From Candidatus Eiseniibacteriota bacterium (GTDB lineage Bacteria; Eisenbacteria; RBG-16-71-46; JABDJR01; JAWXBZ01), in the NCBI GenBank assembly GCA_034440375.1, contig JAWXBZ010000128.1, positions 1-16,608 of the forward strand: 16,608 bases of DNA, in the 5' to 3' direction. Positions 14,827 through 16,608 of this stretch are shown here, one piece after another (positions within the stretch are counted from its first letter, which is position 1; every line of letters begins with the position of its first letter). The notes under the pieces were generated by a model. The model saw only the letters and a program-made list of their open reading frames with translations. It was not told the DNA's origin and searched no databases. The position numbers were made by a program, and so were the translations under genes.

Positions 14827-16086
14827 TCAGAGGATGCCCACCTTCTTGCCGATGCGACCGAAGGTTTCCAGGACGATGTCGAGCTGCTCGTCCGTGTGCG
14901 TGGCCATGTAGGAGGTGCGGATGCGGCAGGCGTTTTCCGGAACGGCCGGCGGGATGACTGCGTTGGCAAAAATGCCAGCCTCGAAAAGGGACTTCCAGAA
15001 ATTAAAGGTCTTTTCCTTGTCGCCGGTAATGATCGGGATGATCGGCGTTTCGCTGGTGCAGGTGTCGAAGCCGAGATTCTGGAAGCCGGCCAGCATTTTC
15101 CGGGTGATCTGCCAGAGGCGTTCGCGTCGCTCCGGTTCCGATTTCATGATGTTGAGGCAGGTGTGCACCGTGGCCACCGCGTAGGGCGGCAGTGCCGCCG
15201 AGAAGATCATCGGCCGGGCGAAGTGCTTGATGTAGTCGATGACCATGGCATCGCCGGCGATGACGCCGCCGATCGAGGCAAATGACTTGGAAAAGGTTCC
15301 CATCACCAGGTCGATGTCTTTTGTCAGCCCGAAATGAGCGGGCGTGCCGTTTCCCCGGGGGCCCAACACGCCGAGTGAGTGGGCGTCATCACATAGAATG
15401 CGCGCCCCATACTTCCGGGCGATGCGGACGATGTCGGGCAGCGGGGCGATGTCCCCCTCCATGCTGAATACCCCGTCGACGGCGATGAGGCGCCCGCGTT
15501 CGGGCTCGATGCGATTCAACTGGCGCTCGAGATCTTCCATGTCGTTGTGGCGATAACGGAAAACCTTGCCCGGCGACATGAGGCAGCCATCGACGATGGA
15601 GGCATGGTCGAGCTTGTCGATGATGACCGCGTCGTCCTTGGTGACAAGCGTGGCAATGGTGCCCAGATTCGTCAGAAAGCCGGTGGAGAATACCAGCGCC
15701 GCCTCCTGCCCGATGAACTCGGCCAGATCATGCTCGAGGTTCAAGTGCAGATCGAGCGTGCCGTTCAGGAATCGGCTGCCGGTACACCCCGAGCCGTAGT
15801 CCCGGGCGGCCTTCTCGGCTGCCGCGAGGACGCGGGGATCATGGGTCAGGCCGAGATAGTTGTTCGAGCCGATCATGATCCGGTTCTTGCCACCGATGTT
15901 GACCTCGGTGCCGTCGGACCCCTGGATTGGAATGAAATAGGGATAAAAGCCGGAGGCGCGCGCCTCCTGGGCTTTGGTGAAGCCGTGGGCGCGGCGGAAG
16001 ATGTCGGCATACGGGGATGACGAAACGGTGTCGGCGGCCGAGAGAGTCCCCTCGATCGGACCGGCAGCTGGCTTCTGTGGGGTCAC
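14827..16086 (-). CDS. spt: Serine palmitoyltransferase (PLP-dependent alpha-oxoamine synthase)
   Basis: Start set at GTG 16086 (SD GGAG). GFYPYF, MIGSNNYLGL, GSGCTGSRFLNGTLDLH, DHASIVDG, DGVFSMEGD, DDAHSLG, and GTFSKS carrying the PLP lysine. GSRFLNGT and TFSKS favour SPT over BioF/Kbl, and the context supports it. Length 419 aa. Confidence 0.82.
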   Translation of the reverse strand: MTPQKPAAGPIEGTLSAADTVSSSPYADIFRRAHGFTKAQEARASGFYPYFIPIQGSDGTEVNIGGKNRIMIGSNNYLGLTHDPRVLAAAEKAARDYGSGCTGSRFLNGTLDLHLNLEHDLAEFIGQEAALVFSTGFLTNLGTIATLVTKDDAVIIDKLDHASIVDGCLMSPGKVFRYRHNDMEDLERQLNRIEPERGRLIAVDGVFSMEGDIAPLPDIVRIARKYGARILCDDAHSLGVLGPRGNGTPAHFGLTKDIDLVMGTFSKSFASIGGVIAGDAMVIDYIKHFARPMIFSAALPPYAVATVHTCLNIMKSEPERRERLWQITRKMLAGFQNLGFDTCTSETPIIPIITGDKEKTFNFWKSLFEAGIFANAVIPPAVPENACRIRTSYMATHTDEQLDIVLETFGRIGKKVGIL

Positions 16087-16192
16087 TCGATATCTCCAGA
16101 ACGTCGGGAAAACCGGTCGGCGGAGGATGAGCGGCAATACCGGGGCGGCCCGCAGGGCCGTTTTGACCCGTATCAGCCATCCAGAACCGGAA

Positions 16193-16221
16193 ACTATAGG
16201 CAGCAGTGGGGGGGGTGTCAA
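16193..16221 (-). promoter_or_regulatory. Near-consensus sigma70 promoter TTGACA-N17-TATAGT for the spt operon
   Basis: On the minus strand the -35 TTGACA is at 16221-16216, the spacer is exactly 17 nt, and the -10 TATAGT is at 16198-16193. Confidence 0.8.
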
Positions 16222-16233
16222 CGCTCATTCTGG

Positions 16234-16294
16234 GGATCAAAAAATCGACTCAATCAATTGTCCTGCAATGAATTGGATCGATTTTCGATGATCC
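16234..16294. repeat. AT-rich long imperfect inverted repeat
   Basis: GGATCA/TGATCC, AAAATCGA/TCGATTTT, and CAATCAATTG/CAATGAATTG around a TCCTG loop. Confidence 0.65.
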
Positions 16295-16338
16295 GGCCGC
16301 TCATTATAGTGACTTCCACCCGCAAGGGGATGATGGCG

Positions 16339-16608
16339 CTATCTGGCCCGGACGATTTTTCGCGATTCGCGGGTCAGCCCGGACTCCACGATCACGAGGT
16401 AGACGCCGCCCGGGGAATTGCGGCCGGCGTCGTCCCGGCCGTTCCACTCGAATTCCATCTCCCCTTCAGTCACGGCGCCGTCATGAAGCGTCCGAATGAC
16501 ACGACCGTGGATGTCACAGATCACCACCAGCGCGCGGCTTGCCCCACCCGAGGGAATGGCCACCCGGACACAGGTATCGTCGGTGAACGGGTTCGGCGCC
16601 GGCGCCGA
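16339..16608 (-). CDS. 3' end (partial) of a secreted protein with an FlgD-Ig / T9SS-like C-terminal domain
   Basis: The frame is open to the window edge: SAPAPNPF....V...I.DIHGRVIRTL...EWNGRDDAGRNSPGGVYLV...RKIV. Confidence 0.88.
   Translation of the reverse strand, partial: SAPAPNPFTDDTCVRVAIPSGGASRALVVICDIHGRVIRTLHDGAVTEGEMEFEWNGRDDAGRNSPGGVYLVIVESGLTRESRKIVRAR

Noticed and set aside
14827-16086. Annotation as BioF (8-amino-7-oxononanoate synthase) or Kbl
   Set aside because: GSRFLNGT/GTFSKS motifs and bCerS/SDR neighbours favour SPT, and no bio or tdh genes are nearby. Not formally excluded without a phylogeny.
16087-16221. ORF-track start of spt at TTG 16221
   Set aside because: That TTG is the -35 hexamer. 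GTG 16086 has an SD and gives a typical length.
1-16608. CRISPR array, tRNA/rRNA, IS/integrase or prophage genes
   Set aside because: I saw no regularly spaced repeats, cloverleafs, or transposase, integrase or phage motifs.

Overview
A GC-rich, densely coding bacterial window with 17 supportable CDSs and no rRNA, tRNA, CRISPR array or mobile element. Left to right: TatD nuclease; secreted DNRLRE-domain protein with a 'VESSTWSRIK' C-terminal tail and a rho-independent terminator; PA0069/SplB-like radical SAM protein behind an operator-like palindrome; acyltransferase-3; a 72-aa cytochrome-c-like protein without CxxCH; a membrane-anchored hypothetical protein; a four-gene coupled operon (small Cys-rich protein, iodotyrosine deiodinase-like nitroreductase, CMD-family protein, polytopic membrane + TPR protein); oligopeptidase B with a signal peptide; and a YajR-like MFS transporter. 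On the minus strand follows the most notable locus, a four-gene putative sphingolipid operon: serine palmitoyltransferase, bCerS-like GNAT, CerR-like SDR and an Aur1/IPC-synthase-like PAP2 enzyme. It has a near-consensus sigma70 promoter with a C8 tract in the spacer and a structured leader. The window ends in the 3' end of an FlgD-Ig/T9SS-like CTD protein. The two C-terminal sorting-type signals suggest an FCB-associated candidate phylum such as Eisenbacteria, Krumholzibacteriota or Latescibacterota (inference). All family calls come from motif recognition; no database search was run.
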